Assembly (NCBI GenBank): GCA_964035545.1
Contig: OZ037770.1
Location: forward strand, 6,830,729-6,894,728
DNA length: 64,000 nt
Source: Bugula neritina
Taxonomy: Eukaryota; Animalia; Bryozoa
Direction: 5' to 3'
Each line of letters opens with the position of its first letter. Position 1 is the stretch's first letter. The position numbers and the translations under genes were made by a program. Below the pieces are notes generated by a model. That model saw nothing but the letters and a program-made list of their open reading frames with translations. It ran no database searches and was not told the DNA's origin. Below are positions 39,534 to 64,000 of the stretch, piece after piece.

Positions 39534-39870
39534 CAGGGCTGTCCTACAGGCGGCCCTAGGGCTGGATGTTCCCTCAGCCTGCATTTATGATCGCCTTAAA
39601 AGGCATAACAAATAAACCTATGTTTCGCACATTTATATCAAGTGGAGTGAAAAAATCACCTTTTAAATGTCTTATTAATTATACACATGCTACAAATATT
39701 CAACATGCAGTAACTATTGGGGCTTTATTGTATGTTGATTAAGAATAAAGGAATAATTGAAAAATAAAGATGATGTGGCCCCCAGGACCAGCTAAAGTTT
39801 ACAATGTGGCCCTCACCATCGCAATGTTTTCTTTCAGTGGCATTCTCTTTGAAAAAGTTGGACACTCCTA
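39534..39870. mobile_element. hAT-type MITE
   Basis: Ends CAGGGCTGTCC / GGACACTCCTA; near-identical 8-bp TSD ATCTAGAG / ATCTATAG. Confidence 0.7.
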
Positions 39871-40825
39871 ATCTATAGTTTTTACAGAATAATTAGGACC
39901 CTTAAAGCTCTCCATAGGACAGCATTTACATATGGTGTTTTTGTCATGCAAATGCACATATAATAATATTCATGTTCTCTAGAATCAATTATAACCGAAG
40001 TGTGTATATCATACAATAATTAGCGTGGTTTTTCTGGTACATGAGACATTACTTCAAGATTCTAGCATAATCCAACATGTATATATGCAGTTGCTAAAGT
40101 AAGCTATTGAAGTACCATTATCAATAATTTTTATGCTTTTAGTACTAAATTGAATGTTAAACTTGTGTTATTCAACAAGACAAAAACCGAAAAATTGGTC
40201 ACCTGTGCTGCAACTTTGATGGAACAACTGCCAATTGAGACTTAAAAAACATTGCACAGCTGTTTAAAACACTTCCTTATTTTTTCAGTATATAACCACT
40301 TTCAGAAATGAAGTAACATATTATATACTATATTACTAACGTTCTGCAAGTTTACACCATCGGACTATACCCAATCTACTCTATAACTATTACTTCTCTA
40401 CCAGTCAGAGACAATACAAAAATTCTAAAGCAGTTTATTGGAAGGACAATTCCCTTCATAATTATTATTCTGTGCATTGCATACTGATTTATGATGATTG
40501 GGGAGACAGTTTTGGTCTATGTGAGAAAACTTTTCATATAATTTTAGGTTTGAAAGTAAAACAACTTTTTTTAAACTTAATAGTATGTGTATATCTTATA
40601 TCTCCAATAGATAATTCAGAGGCGCAGTGCAGTAAGAGTAATTCAATGCATTTAAACCCCACCATTTTTTATTCATTTTAAATAAGTAGAATAACCAGTA
40701 GTGAATAGACAGAGCAAAATCAAGTCGAATTATAGATACAATAGTAAGGAGGCTAAGGCTAATAGAGTTGAATGACTAAGGCTACAGTGATTATTACCAG
40801 CCAAAGAGCAACAAGATAAGTCAAC

Positions 40826-41239
40826 TCAACTCCTCAGAACACAAGTTAATGTGGAAATCAAAAGCATTACAAGCCATGGCTTGACATCGCTGCAGGAGTT
40901 TTCTGTAGTTGAAGAATGGTTAGGTGTGGGTGTTGCTGTCGGGGTCGGGACAGCATCACAACTCTGGTTTCTCAGTAACTCCAAAGTGTTAGCTAGACTA
41001 CCATTATTCTCATGACAGGTTGACAGACAAAGAATGTGACATAACATCGGGTACACATCAACGCTCCGTATAGTGTCCTTCTTCTGTCCTGGTTTGAAGT
41101 TTGGTCCTCTAGCTATTAGAGTTGTCATCATATCAGAGATGGAATTATTAAACCCATGATTTCCCTTTAAACTGACTGTGTAACCAGCCTGTAAGCAGAT
41201 AAATATTATAATGTTCATATAGTAACTCTTCTACATGCA

Positions 41240-41335
<96 letters not shown>

Positions 41336-44300
41336 CTCATTCTTACATTAGCTGTTATTAATATTTATTTGGCCATTAGAATATGAATAGTTTTTTGTAA
41401 TATCTTATATTTTGACTTTTTGTTAACTATTCTTTGATTAATGTTAAGTTCAAAAGTTCCGAACTTCTAAAGATGTATATTATAATATGTAGCATTGTGA
41501 TTACCCTGTGATGTTTTTGATCAGAACTAGGTGGGATGCAGTGTTGTAATTACCCAGTGGTCTCCGTGGTGTAATGATTAGCACGCCTGCTTGCTAGCCA
41601 GAGGTCTCGGGTTCGAATCCCAGTTGAGGGGGGTAAAATAATTATACCTATATAATTTAAATGCAACTTTGAAATTATTCAAAGCTGTGATATGTTTTAC
41701 CATCATTAATGGGAGAGCAGCAAATAATTTTTTGAGGTTTGATTAAAAGTCCTTTGAATTGCTTCAACATCAAAGTTTCATGCAGTTTCTGTGGGTTTTA
41801 TTTTTACACATCTGTGGACTGCAAGCTTGAATAATACTCCTATATAACACCCCTACAGTACACCCCTATATATTACCCCTATATAACACTCCTATATAAA
41901 ACCCCTACAGTACATCCTTATATAACACCCCTATATAACACTCCCTGTATAACACTCCCTATATAACACTCCTATATAAAACCCCTACAGTACACCCCTA
42001 TATAACACCCCTACAGTACATCCTTATATAACACCCCTACAGTACACCCCTATATAACACCCCTACAGTACACCCCTATATAACACCCCTACAGTACACC
42101 CTTATATAACACCCCTACAGTACACCCCTATATATTACCCCTATATAACACTCCTATATAAAACCCCCACAGTACACCCCTATATAACACTCCCTATATA
42201 ACACTCCCTATATAACACTCCTATATAAAACCCCTACAGTACACCCCTATATATTGCCCCTATATAACACTCCTATATAAAACCCCTACAGTACACCCCT
42301 ATATATAACACCTCCACATTACACCCCTATATAACACTCCCATATAACACTCCTATATAACACTCCCTATATAACACTCCCTATATAACACTCCCTATAT
42401 AACTGCACCCCATATAACACTCTTATAGAGCATCCCTGTAGAACACAACAGAGAAAAGTAACATGTACAGTGTAGGGGAAAGGGCTTCTATAGCATAGGG
42501 CCAACCTTCGTTCACAATGTGGATATAACTCATAATTTCCAGTTTTTCAAAACCTTTTTGACAGTTTTCAAATATAGGGGTAAGTGCAGTGAAAAATTGG
42601 GAAAAGCTGTGTTTTGGGTTGACAATGAAACTATGTATTATGAGAATTTCTACCCGTCCGCACCGCACTTCAAACCAAAAACCCATAAAGAGAATAGATA
42701 TAACTTGGGCTACTAAAATTTCTCTTCTGCTGCACCTAAATTTGTAAAATTCTGCTGATTACATTTTACTAAAAGTTGTTTCTAGCTAAACTTAATCTAT
42801 GAAATGTTTCTATTTCATAGAAGAAAGAAAGCCACTGCAGCCATAGCTCCATCGATCAATTACTCACCTTCTTGAGCAGCCAACCATTGTCAGGTATAAT
42901 AACAATATCTGTGATTCTCTTATTGTCTTTATAGTTTAAACTATTTGGAATGTCAGCCTTTTTATAGACTGTCATGTGGGACTCATTTCTCTCAGCATCT
43001 TTCAGCTTGTTATAAACCTGTGAATACATTATATATTCTTATCACAAGATTACTGATTTCTCAGCTAAATGAAAGAGTAACATGATGCACTAAATTTCTA
43101 TCACATGCGCCAGCGTGCACACACAGACACACACGCACAAACACACACACACACGCACGCACACACGAACGCACGCACCCACACACGCACGCACACACGC
43201 ACGCATGCACGCACGCACGCACGCACACGCACTACTACTACTACTATTGAAAATTTGAAAACAATTCATAATAAAACATACAAATTTGTAGCTAAATATG
43301 CCTAGTATTACACCTACCTGATTAACATGTAGTTAAATAGAAGCTGAACCAATAAAAATAAAAGCTTTGTTTCACTAAGTGCAATTTCAATACAAACTGA
43401 TTTACTTTAGCATACCTGGTCAAGCATGCCGGCCTTAGGAGTTATCAGCCCAATAGCACTGGCATAGGACCACTCCACTTCATTTTTAAAGTCAATATAT
43501 TGACTGAGATCAATAGAGTTAGCATTAGAAACGTCAGTCATGCCGTGATCTGAGGCTATAATGATGTTTACACTATCCTTTAGCCCAAGGTCATTAAATT
43601 TCTGTATCAGTCCACCAAGTAGGGTGTCTAACTCCATGACCCTGGTTACTACCTCAGCTGAATTGGGCCCGTAACTATGGCAAACAAAGTCTTGTTGCAA
43701 TACAGAAGTCTGTTAAATTTATGTTTTTGCGTATTGTAACAGAAAAGCTAGTGATGGATACGGAAGGCTAGAAGATATTTACCGGTGGCCATCTTTATCG
43801 GGCTGGTCCGTGTAGAGGCAGGCAAAAGTGAGACTATCTTTAGAAAACCAGTCTACCACTGTGTCAAGTCCTGTTTCAAAGCTCGGGCTACTTTTGAAAG
43901 GCACAACTTTCTGAGGCCCCATCCCATTATACAATGCCTGGTTTCCTGTAAGAGAACTGGAATAGCTGTTTATCAAAATGCATGAGACAATCTTGTATTC
44001 TACACAACAGCCAACAACTGTACGGTGAATAGTACAGTGTGTAGTATATACTGTGCAGTGTGTAGCATTTAAATTTTATTATAGTGAAAAATATTGTCTA
44101 GTATATGCTGTATAGTGTGTGTCTTGTTTACAACATAATGGAGGTTATGCAATGCAGTATATAAAATAATAGTGAATACCGTATATAGAGTATGTAGTGT
44201 GTATTGTGTAGTGTACATTGTACCTATAGTAGGTGCAGTTTATGATTGTGAACTATATTATGTATATTGTGCAGTGTGTTGTGTGCATTGCATAGTCTAC

Positions 44301-47110
44301 TGTTTGTATTGTATATAATATATATATAACATGTTGTGTATAATTATTCGAAATAGTTGGTCTTAGGAATTCATGACAATTTATCAATTCTAATTAAATT
44401 TTGAAAGACTGTCATAATTTAATGCTTTTTAACTTTTTAGTAATATAAGATATTGAGAAATAGAGAAAAATAGTTCCACTTCATTAATAAAAACCAACTA
44501 TTATATTAATGGCAGTTTTTAAAAATCTCTTTTGGTTGAAAATGCTTGTCTACGATTGCTATAATGTATGTTAATGAGATATTCCAATATTAGGCATAGA
44601 CTATAATATGAGCAAAACAAAAATTATCAGCACACCAACTTTATAGTTGGCTAACTTGTGTTTGTATTAGCTGGGAAAAGAGCTCTTCAGCTGGGGGTGT
44701 TGATGTTTATACAACAGATAAGATGTGCATGCGATAGAAAACCTTGGCTCACTGCCAAACATTATAGCAATCACAGTCGGCAGCTACTGATACTTCATGA
44801 CTAGAATTTAGTTTATCCATCAGATAGCTTAACATCTTTCACAGAAAAGTAAGGAAATATCTGTTAGAGACATGAAAATGTAGCTGGGAAAAAACAAATA
44901 CATCACACATTGGGAATTTTTTTGCAAGCACAAGTATTTAATAAAAATAAATGAGATTTGCATGGGAACTGCATAGTTTGGTGAAAGACAGTTATATTTT
45001 CAGATGCTTCTGAATATGCAACATACACTGTGTGTAAAATGTTGCCTGTTTTTACATAAATGAAAAAACATATCCCAAGAAAGGACAACTTTCACAGCAG
45101 ACTATTTCTAAATGTGCTTACTCTATATCCTCTATATAAATTTCTACAGTAGGTGCAAACATGTAGACTTGCTACACTTTAGTGTTAAAATACTCACTGT
45201 TCTTCACAACCTTCTGTCACAGTTGGTAAACTCTACTTTCATTATCTCACTTACCAACCCACATGTAAGCTCCACTATGCTTGCCCTCCTTCTCAGCAGC
45301 TATCCATATTGGCTCGGTGTTGTTGTACCACTTGGAGTCTGTACTGAATGAGTATCTATCATCAAACTCAGCGTCATAGAAAGAGTTGGCGATGATTCCG
45401 TGGTTTTCTTCATGTCGCCCTGCAGATTACATAAGCGTAGAGTTATAACATCTGTACATGCTGCACACTCCACACACCGTCACACAGACAAATTGCCACA
45501 CAGACAAATGGTCACACAGACAAATGGTCACACAGACAAATGGTCACACAGAGAAATTGCCACACAGAGAAATTGCCACACAGACAAATTGCCACACAGA
45601 CAAATCGCACACGCAGTCATACACTAGTGACTAAATGTATTACAAATTCATACAAGTTGTAATAGTATGTATGCAGCTGTTATATCATTATAGCTATAGA
45701 ATTTTCAAGCAGCTGTACATACTGCTATAATCTCACTTGCACTTGTTGCTTGCTACTGAATACAAGATCAATTACATGCATGCACCATATTAAACCTCCA
45801 TCTAATTAAACTTATCGAGTTATATTTATATTTATAGCAACTTTATTGTCACCTATAGTCTAGACAATTAGTCTATACTCAGTCTACATATAGTTTACAT
45901 ACAGTCTACATACAGTCTACACACAGTCTACACACAGTCTACACACAGTCTACATACAGTCTACATACAGTCTACATGTTGTATTTACTAACCGGTGACT
46001 AGGGTCCAGTGATTTGGCATAGTGAGTGTAGCGAATGCATTTTTAACTTTTTCAACATGTACTCCTTCAGCAATCAGTTGGTCTAGATTTGGGGTGTTTC
46101 CTTTGTTTAGATAATTCCATCTGAAACCGTCCAGTGATATTAGCAGAACCTGAAGCATAGGAAAGATAACTTCTTACATCCATGGTGTATGATGTGACAA
46201 TGCTGCATGTACTATAATATGTAATGTAAATACAGTATAGCATTTAACTTGATTCTATATACATGTATTATAGTAATGTAGTGCTGCACTTGTGTCATGT
46301 TACAACCAACCTATAATTACCCCATTGCTCCATATACCACAGCATAGCATTAGTCACGTAACCATATACTATGCACAATATAACACAATGCAGTGCTACT
46401 CACTTTGGAACTAGATATTTACCATGTATGACACATGTACCCATATAGCAGATTGAGTACCATGCCACATATAACAATGCACTTTATATGAAAGTTTTTA
46501 GACTGTGCCAAAAATAAAGTCAGAAACGAGGAAAAGATCAACTATATAAATATTTAAATATAGTTGTAGTTGTTTTACAAACATTAGGATGCATTTCTGT
46601 GAGATAAACTGCTTATAAGTCATACACAAGTTTATATGATAAGAAAGGCATGGACATGGTGACATTTTTAACAGAAACATTCTGACTCTGTCATTAACTA
46701 GGTTGCTTGTGGATTTGGCCAGAGTAAAGTAAATATTTGCATGTATGATTGCAATGAACCTTGCAAGTAAATTATCTGTTTGTTTCACCTGTAATTTAAT
46801 ACATAGTTTTTACTTGCTTAGCCACTTGGGGTATAAATATAAATAATCTCCAACAATATCTGATTATTTTTTTAACATGATGTATACATATACACCTTAT
46901 CATAAATACCACTAGTCTAGAAAGGGTGATGGTATAAAACAAAAAGATGTTACTAAAGAATAACATGTAGAAAATCTTGACTATTTTGCATTTACATTTT
47001 CCCCATATAGGTAGCAAACAATATAGGAGTAAATAGTAAAAACATGAGGAGATGTAACTTACTTTTCCTTGTCCATTTACCACACTTTCCAGGAGGAGAG
47101 TTGAGAGCAT
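40826..47110 (-). CDS. Ectonucleotide pyrophosphatase/phosphodiesterase (ENPP4-7-like), probably GPI-anchored, ~434 aa
   Basis: Exons 47110-47063, 46149-45993, 45419-45255, 43945-43783, 43674-43416, 43017-42868, 41188-40826. Motifs: [24 protein letters not shown] (catalytic Thr), [38 protein letters not shown]; Ser/Thr/Pro stalk and hydrophobic C-terminus. Start codon uncertain; a possible upstream exon ends at ~49468. Confidence 0.92.
41551..41645 (+). mobile_element. Short tRNA-derived SINE family B
   Basis: TACCCAGTGGTCTCCGTGGTGTAATGATTAGCAC...GGTTCGAATCCC...GGGGTAAAATAATT; matches 21310-21400. Confidence 0.65.
41835..42425. repeat. Minisatellite (ACACCCCTATATA / ACCCCTACAGT)
   Basis: Tandem variant units in an ENPP intron. 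Confidence 0.9.
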
Positions 47111-47194
47111 CAGTAGAGCAGATCTAAATGAAGAGTTATGTATACAGTAAGTATAACTGTGTGTAAGTATATATACAGTAAGTATAACTATGTG

Positions 47195-47293
<99 letters not shown>

Positions 47294-47320
47294 CATTTTG
47301 TATAGCATATATATATATAT

Positions 47321-47648
<328 letters not shown>

Positions 47649-47767
47649 ATTGTATCGTGAGATTTTTAAAAAACAGCAGATAAAAAAGTGCTCAAATTAT
47701 TATGTGTATAATAATGAGCAATTATATTATTGAGGAAAAGAGCGATTTAATTATATAGATGTTGTTT

Positions 47768-47818
47768 TATTGCACTACTAATAGTTTCATGCCTCTTCGG
47801 CACTCCTCAGGCACAATA
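47768..47818 (-). ncRNA. Type I hammerhead ribozyme HHR4 (mirror copy of HHR3)
   Basis: Exact reverse complement of 47817-47867 in the left arm of the palindrome. Confidence 0.7.
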
Positions 47819-47867
47819 TTGTGCCTGAGGAGTGCCGAAGAGGCATGAAACTATTAGTAGTGCAATA
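47817..47867 (+). ncRNA. Type I hammerhead ribozyme HHR3 (second family)
   Basis: Stem I UAUUGUGC/GUGCAAUA; core CUGAGGA; stem II GUGCC-GAAGA-GGCAU; GAAA; short stem III ACU-AUU-AGU; GUA site, predicted cut after 47859. Confidence 0.72.
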
Positions 47868-47902
47868 AAACAACATCTATATAATTAAATTGCTCTTTTC
47901 CT

Positions 47903-47939
<37 letters not shown>

Positions 47940-47942
<3 letters not shown>

Positions 47943-47965
47943 GAAACAGCTGCTTTCCACAGATT

Positions 47966-48047
<82 letters not shown>

Positions 48048-48312
48048 GCTCTCACTGAATGCTCAGCAATGAAATTCAGTGATTGAGCTCTCTCACCATG
48101 GTCACAAACTCAAGCTGCTAGCATTTTGCAAGGCTCGTGACTCCTAGGTGACCCCTAGAGTCACTTGAGCTCTCTGGCTTGAGTTTACACACCTTTTAAA
48201 TATGCTTTAATAGAAACATAATTTTCTACTATTGCGAAGGTGTGGGCCGTGGTACTCTGTTCTGTGCTGATGAGGGGACAAACCCTGAAACAGCTGCTGT
48301 CCACAGATTGAG
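47940..48312 (+). mobile_element. Retrozyme-like repeat, copy 2: 3' half-hammerhead, (TA)n, structured body, full hammerhead
   Basis: CCCGAAACAGCTGCTTTCCACAGATTGAG at 47940-47968, then (TA)n, then body 48045-48312 ending in HHR2. Confidence 0.78.
48261..48307 (+). ncRNA. Type I hammerhead ribozyme HHR2
   Basis: UCUGUG CUGAUGA GGGG-ACAAA-CCCU GAAA CAG-CUG-CUG UC CACAGA; predicted cut after 48301; palindromic CAGCUG in stem III. Confidence 0.85.
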
Positions 48313-50410
48313 GTATATATATATATATCACGTAGGAATAACTGTGTGTAAGTATATATATGAGTAGGTATAACTAGGTGTAAGTATATATAGAGTAAGT
48401 ATGTGTTATCATGTATAGGCTACGGCAGTTTTACAGACACTAGGTAAAGACAAGTATTGAAATCTTAGTTATTTTTAAGCCATTTTTCAGATTATATCAC
48501 TTTAGTACCTACTATAAGCTTGCTCAGCTCAACAATTGCAGGGTGTTATATTTGGTGTCTTACTTAAACATTGGAATATAGGAACTGTATTAACCAACAT
48601 TGTATTCCAAATACACTGTTGGCTACATATTGGTTAGCAGAAGTTTCTTGAACATGGATGTGCTGATAACTGTTGAACTTTATGTGTTGGCGCCATTAAA
48701 AAGTGATTAAAATGTGTTTGTATAAAAAGATATCACTATCTACTTTATCTAACTTAACTCTGATGTGCGTGTAAAGAGCATGTACATATCACTAATTTAT
48801 GCCACCAAACAACCTTTACCCAGTAATCATTATACTATAGCTACTGTAATTTGCTGCTTATGGTTTGTCAGTTGTGATTATAGTAATAATAGTCACTACG
48901 ACAAGGAGTAATTAGCTCTTGAGAAATAAAATGTTTCAAAGTTTCATTTTACTGTCTGTTGCTATGAAACTGATGGGGAAAAATGAGATTTAAATTGAGA
49001 AATTTGCATATATTTAAAATTTGACTTGGAGATAATGACAAACAACATAATATAACGTGATAATCTAGTGATGAGATGTTACATACAATGAAGTGTTATT
49101 GAATACATGGCAGTGAAGTATGTGAGATGCTTGTGATAACAGACAATAAAACTTTGTGTACAAGTTATTGTGTTTATACTAATTGGTCCTCAAAACAATA
49201 CTATGCAGAAAACTCAATTATTATATTGCCACAGAGATACTATACAAAACTTAGCTATATTCTATATATCATACAATATATTACATAATATAGCATGCAT
49301 TATGCTATATATATAATACACTATAATATATCATACATAATATGCACTATATAACACATAACACAAGATATAATATTATGGTGTAAGAGTATACAGTGAT
49401 AGAAGCAGATGTTTGTGGTTACATGTTGCCAGCATAGTAAACTGCACAGTCTACAGTCTAGCACTTACCATGAGAGAGTCTAGCAGAGATCAAGATCTCT
49501 AACAAATGTGAGATTGCTTGATATTTTGTGACACAAGAAGTTGTAGTTAAGTCACAAGTCATTTCATTAGCCAAACCGCATGTGTTTCAGACATGAGATT
49601 TTATTAGATAGAAATAACTGTAACTGAAGTTGTATAGCATTGTCTTAAATTACTCTGCCAAAATAACTAAAGCATTTGTTTATGTTGAAAGCATGCTGTT
49701 TGTTTGCGTATGCAAAGTGTGAAAATGGTTAATAGCTTTTAATATGCTAAAATAAAAAAAAACTACTTTTATGAGTTTGCTTACATTGTTTTTATAAGGA
49801 AGAAGTTATGATCAATAAACATTATCAAATAATATGCTCATAGCAGGTGATAAACCTATATGCTAATAGCATACATGCTATAGTAGCATGATATAAACTT
49901 AAGTGTTTATAGTGATAAAAGACACACATGCCAATTGATTATTAGATAATAAAAAATAAAATTATACTAATTATACCTAATAAACACACATGCTAATAAT
50001 ACATAATGAAAATACATGCTAATATGTAGTATAAGCATACTTACATGCTAATAGCTAAACTTCTCATACTTTTGAAACTTTGTTGCAGTTCAAAATTAAA
50101 CAACAAAAATAAGAAGGCATACAATACAGTGCAATGTATGTTATACAACGCACGCACTACGAGTGTGAGTAAACGTTTTTGTGCACATGCACTGTATGTT
50201 ACAATGTTTCCACCAATCACCCTAAATTCTATTGGTCAATTCAAAAGTCCTTAGCAGATTTTTGCCAATGAAACTTAAAGCAAGTTGCAGGCATTAAAAA
50301 CTTAAAATTTAAATATCTACTTGAAAAAAGATAACAAGAGATAAAGTCGTACAGCATATCAGGTGAGTGATTCAAGCTAATATCCCATCTCTCTTTGAAC
50401 TCACTTGCAG

Positions 50411-50469
<59 letters not shown>

Positions 50470-50541
50470 GTACTGATAAAATTTCGGATATAAAATAAAC
50501 TTATATATTTATTCTATTGACTACAATATTGTTTCACATAG

Positions 50542-50896
<355 letters not shown>

Positions 50897-52081
50897 TATA
50901 GCTACAAGTGAGTTGTATAAGTTCAAAGAGAGATGGGATATTATATGTAGTATATATATCTATATATCTCATCTCTCTTTGAACTGAAAAATTGCAAGGA
51001 CTTGAACTCATTAAGATATTCAAAAAGGGAATATAGGGTAAAGCTAGATTGAATGGAAGGAATAGCATTCGCTAGAGATAAGCAAATCTAGTGCAGATCA
51101 TGAACTGTAAGAAAGTCAAAGTACAAAAGTGTTGACAATTTGATACAATTTTTCCTCATACCGTTACCTGAACAGGACAGAGAGAAGATATAGGTGAGGA
51201 TAAGATACAACTTTTCCTCATTCAAAACAGGCACAACAATATTCTTATCTTTTCTCAGCCTCAGCGTTTGGTTTTAGATAATTTCTGTTGACAAATTTTA
51301 CTACTTAAAATAACTTATGTTGCCATGAAAATAGCTTTTCAATACTTGTAATTATATCCTTTTGAAGTAGCTGATTCCAGTTACAGGACAGAATGAAAAT
51401 AGGTGAGGGTAGGTGAGGGTTACAGTTGTGTGAATGTAAAAAATCCCTCAGTTATTTATAAAAACAATTATATTAGAGAAAAACTTACACATCCTGTTAT
51501 CATATGCTAATTTCTGAACTTTTTCAAGTATTTTTCTCAGCATTCCACTTCAAGGACACAAAACGTTTTGAAAATTGAACAAGTTCAAATTCTTAAATTG
51601 GTCATAAAAGAAATTAGTTCTTTAAATTTGAACTTGAACATATCTGGTCTCGCGTGCACACATGCAGATTCAAAATTGAGCAATACTGACTTATATGATT
51701 AAATAAGAAGAGTAGGAAAAGGTAAAATCAGTAATTTTTATTTACTCGTTCTAAGCAGAGACAACTATGTTTCAACTTAAATTACTTCTTTTGTCTGCAA
51801 ATTTTCCCACTTGCACTAAATGAATCTAGAGTACCGCAAGCATTAAGAGTTATGTCACCATCATAGTGCATCAATCCAACTGCTCATGTTATGTTGTTCA
51901 TGGTTAGAAATTTTATTACTAAGAATAAAATGAAACTCAACAGACTGAAAACATGGTAACAAGAACATACTAAGTTGTACATTATAAGATGTGTTGACAA
52001 TATTAGTGTATCATAATAACTCTCAAGATATTATACAAGAATAACTCAATTCAGGAAAATAAAATATGCTGCCGTAAGTGT

Positions 52082-62733
<10,652 letters not shown>

Positions 62734-63184
62734 AGCGAGACTGTGAATTGTTCTGGGAGGAGAAAAAGGAAGCAACCAACACCACGTACTGTGCGGTACT
62801 GAATATCTCAACCAAAAATAGGATCTTTATGTGGTTACAGCATATCCTCAATCACCAGGGTCTAACACGTAATGCATGGATGATTCCGGCAACCTTACAA
62901 ACACAATATAAAAGGTTTAAGTGGTAGTTTCACTCATTAATCAAGTTGACATGATCTGGAAAAGGTAAAAAACTAATTAATTATTAGAGGTTGTTACACA
63001 GATACATTTTCCATGTCATATCAGAGGTTCTGGAAACAGCTATAAAATATCTTACATTATCTTATTTCAACAATAAAGGGAGAAGTTCTGTGCTAGAAAT
63101 TTAGGGGATAATACACTAAAGCATGGACATTTACTGTTAGTATAGACCTCATGTCACTTCATCTAATAATACACTCTAGATGAA

Positions 63185-63505
63185 GTCAATAGTCTGCAGG
63201 TTACACTCACTAGTCTGCAGGTTACACTCACTATTCTGCAGGTTACACTCACTGATCTGCAGGTTACACTCAATAGTCTGCAGGTTACACTCAATAGTCT
63301 GCAGGTTACACTCACTAGTCTGCAGGTTACACTCAATAGTCTGCAGGTTACACTCAATAGTCTGCAGGTTACACTCACTAGTCTGCAAGTTACACTCACT
63401 AGTCTGCAGGTTACACTCACTAGTCTGCAGGTTACACTCACTGATCTGCAGGTTACACTCAATAGTCTGCAGGTTACACTCACTAGTCTACAGGTTACAC
63501 TCACA
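63185..63505. repeat. 21-bp minisatellite (CTGCAGGTTACACTCACTAGT)
   Basis: About 15 units; source of three spurious ORFs. Confidence 0.93.
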
Positions 63506-64000
63506 GAGTGTGTTGCGAGTGATCATACTTGAAACACACTGTAGCCTGTGATCATACGTATTCTGTTAGCTGCAGAGATAAAGATTCTTTCTTAGCCTAG
63601 AATAATAATTTTGAGTTTGGTCTGTCTTAGAATTTAGACTATAATAATGCAAATAAGTCAGAAATGCATATGAATGTCAAAACAATTATCTCTAATAAGT
63701 ATGTTAATTTTACGAGTTAAAGAACAAAGAATATGTTTTTAGAAAAAGTACCAAAACATTGAAAACTAAATACGTGATAAATTCATGCATAATGAACAAT
63801 ATATACGGCATTAGAGATTAAACACTAGATCCTAATCCAGGCTGCAGATGGCACTTGTCAAGAAAAGTGTTGCAGATAGCATCAATTATTCATGTTACAA
63901 TATTGTGCATACTATCAAATTCCAATTAAATTATAAATTGCCGTATAAAACAACAAAAACGCTAACTTCAGATGGATACAATATAACAGCGTCATAAGCC

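Larger units (their letters stand above)
47723..47912. repeat. 190-bp palindrome (inverted Penelope-type pseudo-LTR-like)
   Basis: Centre between 47817 and 47818, no spacer, one mismatch; each strand carries a hammerhead followed by AATAAA. Confidence 0.9.

Noticed and set aside
41551-41645. Possible tRNA genes here and at 21310-21400
   Set aside because: Acceptor stems do not pair, and both copies share non-tRNA flanks, as expected for SINEs.
63163-63551. Repetitive ORFs (also 524-724, 24676-24972, 56817-57120, 58543-58929)
   Set aside because: Minisatellite translations with no splice or domain support.

Overview
AT-rich, intron-containing eukaryotic DNA from an invertebrate animal (inferred from gene content and repeats; species not determined). 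Six spliced protein-coding genes can be built by hand with phase-consistent GT-AG junctions: allantoinase (-, runs off the left edge), a secreted two-Kunitz-domain gene nested in its third intron (-), NUFIP1 (+), hnRNP Q/R (SYNCRIP)-like (+), a probably GPI-anchored ENPP phosphodiesterase (-), and an ER-luminal JmjC oxygenase with an EF-hand and RDEL (-). Introns carry many minisatellites, MITEs, tRNA-derived SINEs, a decayed Academ transposon and a young, internally deleted RTE LINE. The most notable unexplained structure is a ~1 kb cluster of type I hammerhead ribozyme motifs in (TA)n just upstream of the ENPP coding start (47.3-48.3 kb). It contains a tandem retrozyme-like repeat and a 190-bp palindrome with a second hammerhead family on both strands. 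All assignments are from manual reading; no database searches or folding programs were run.
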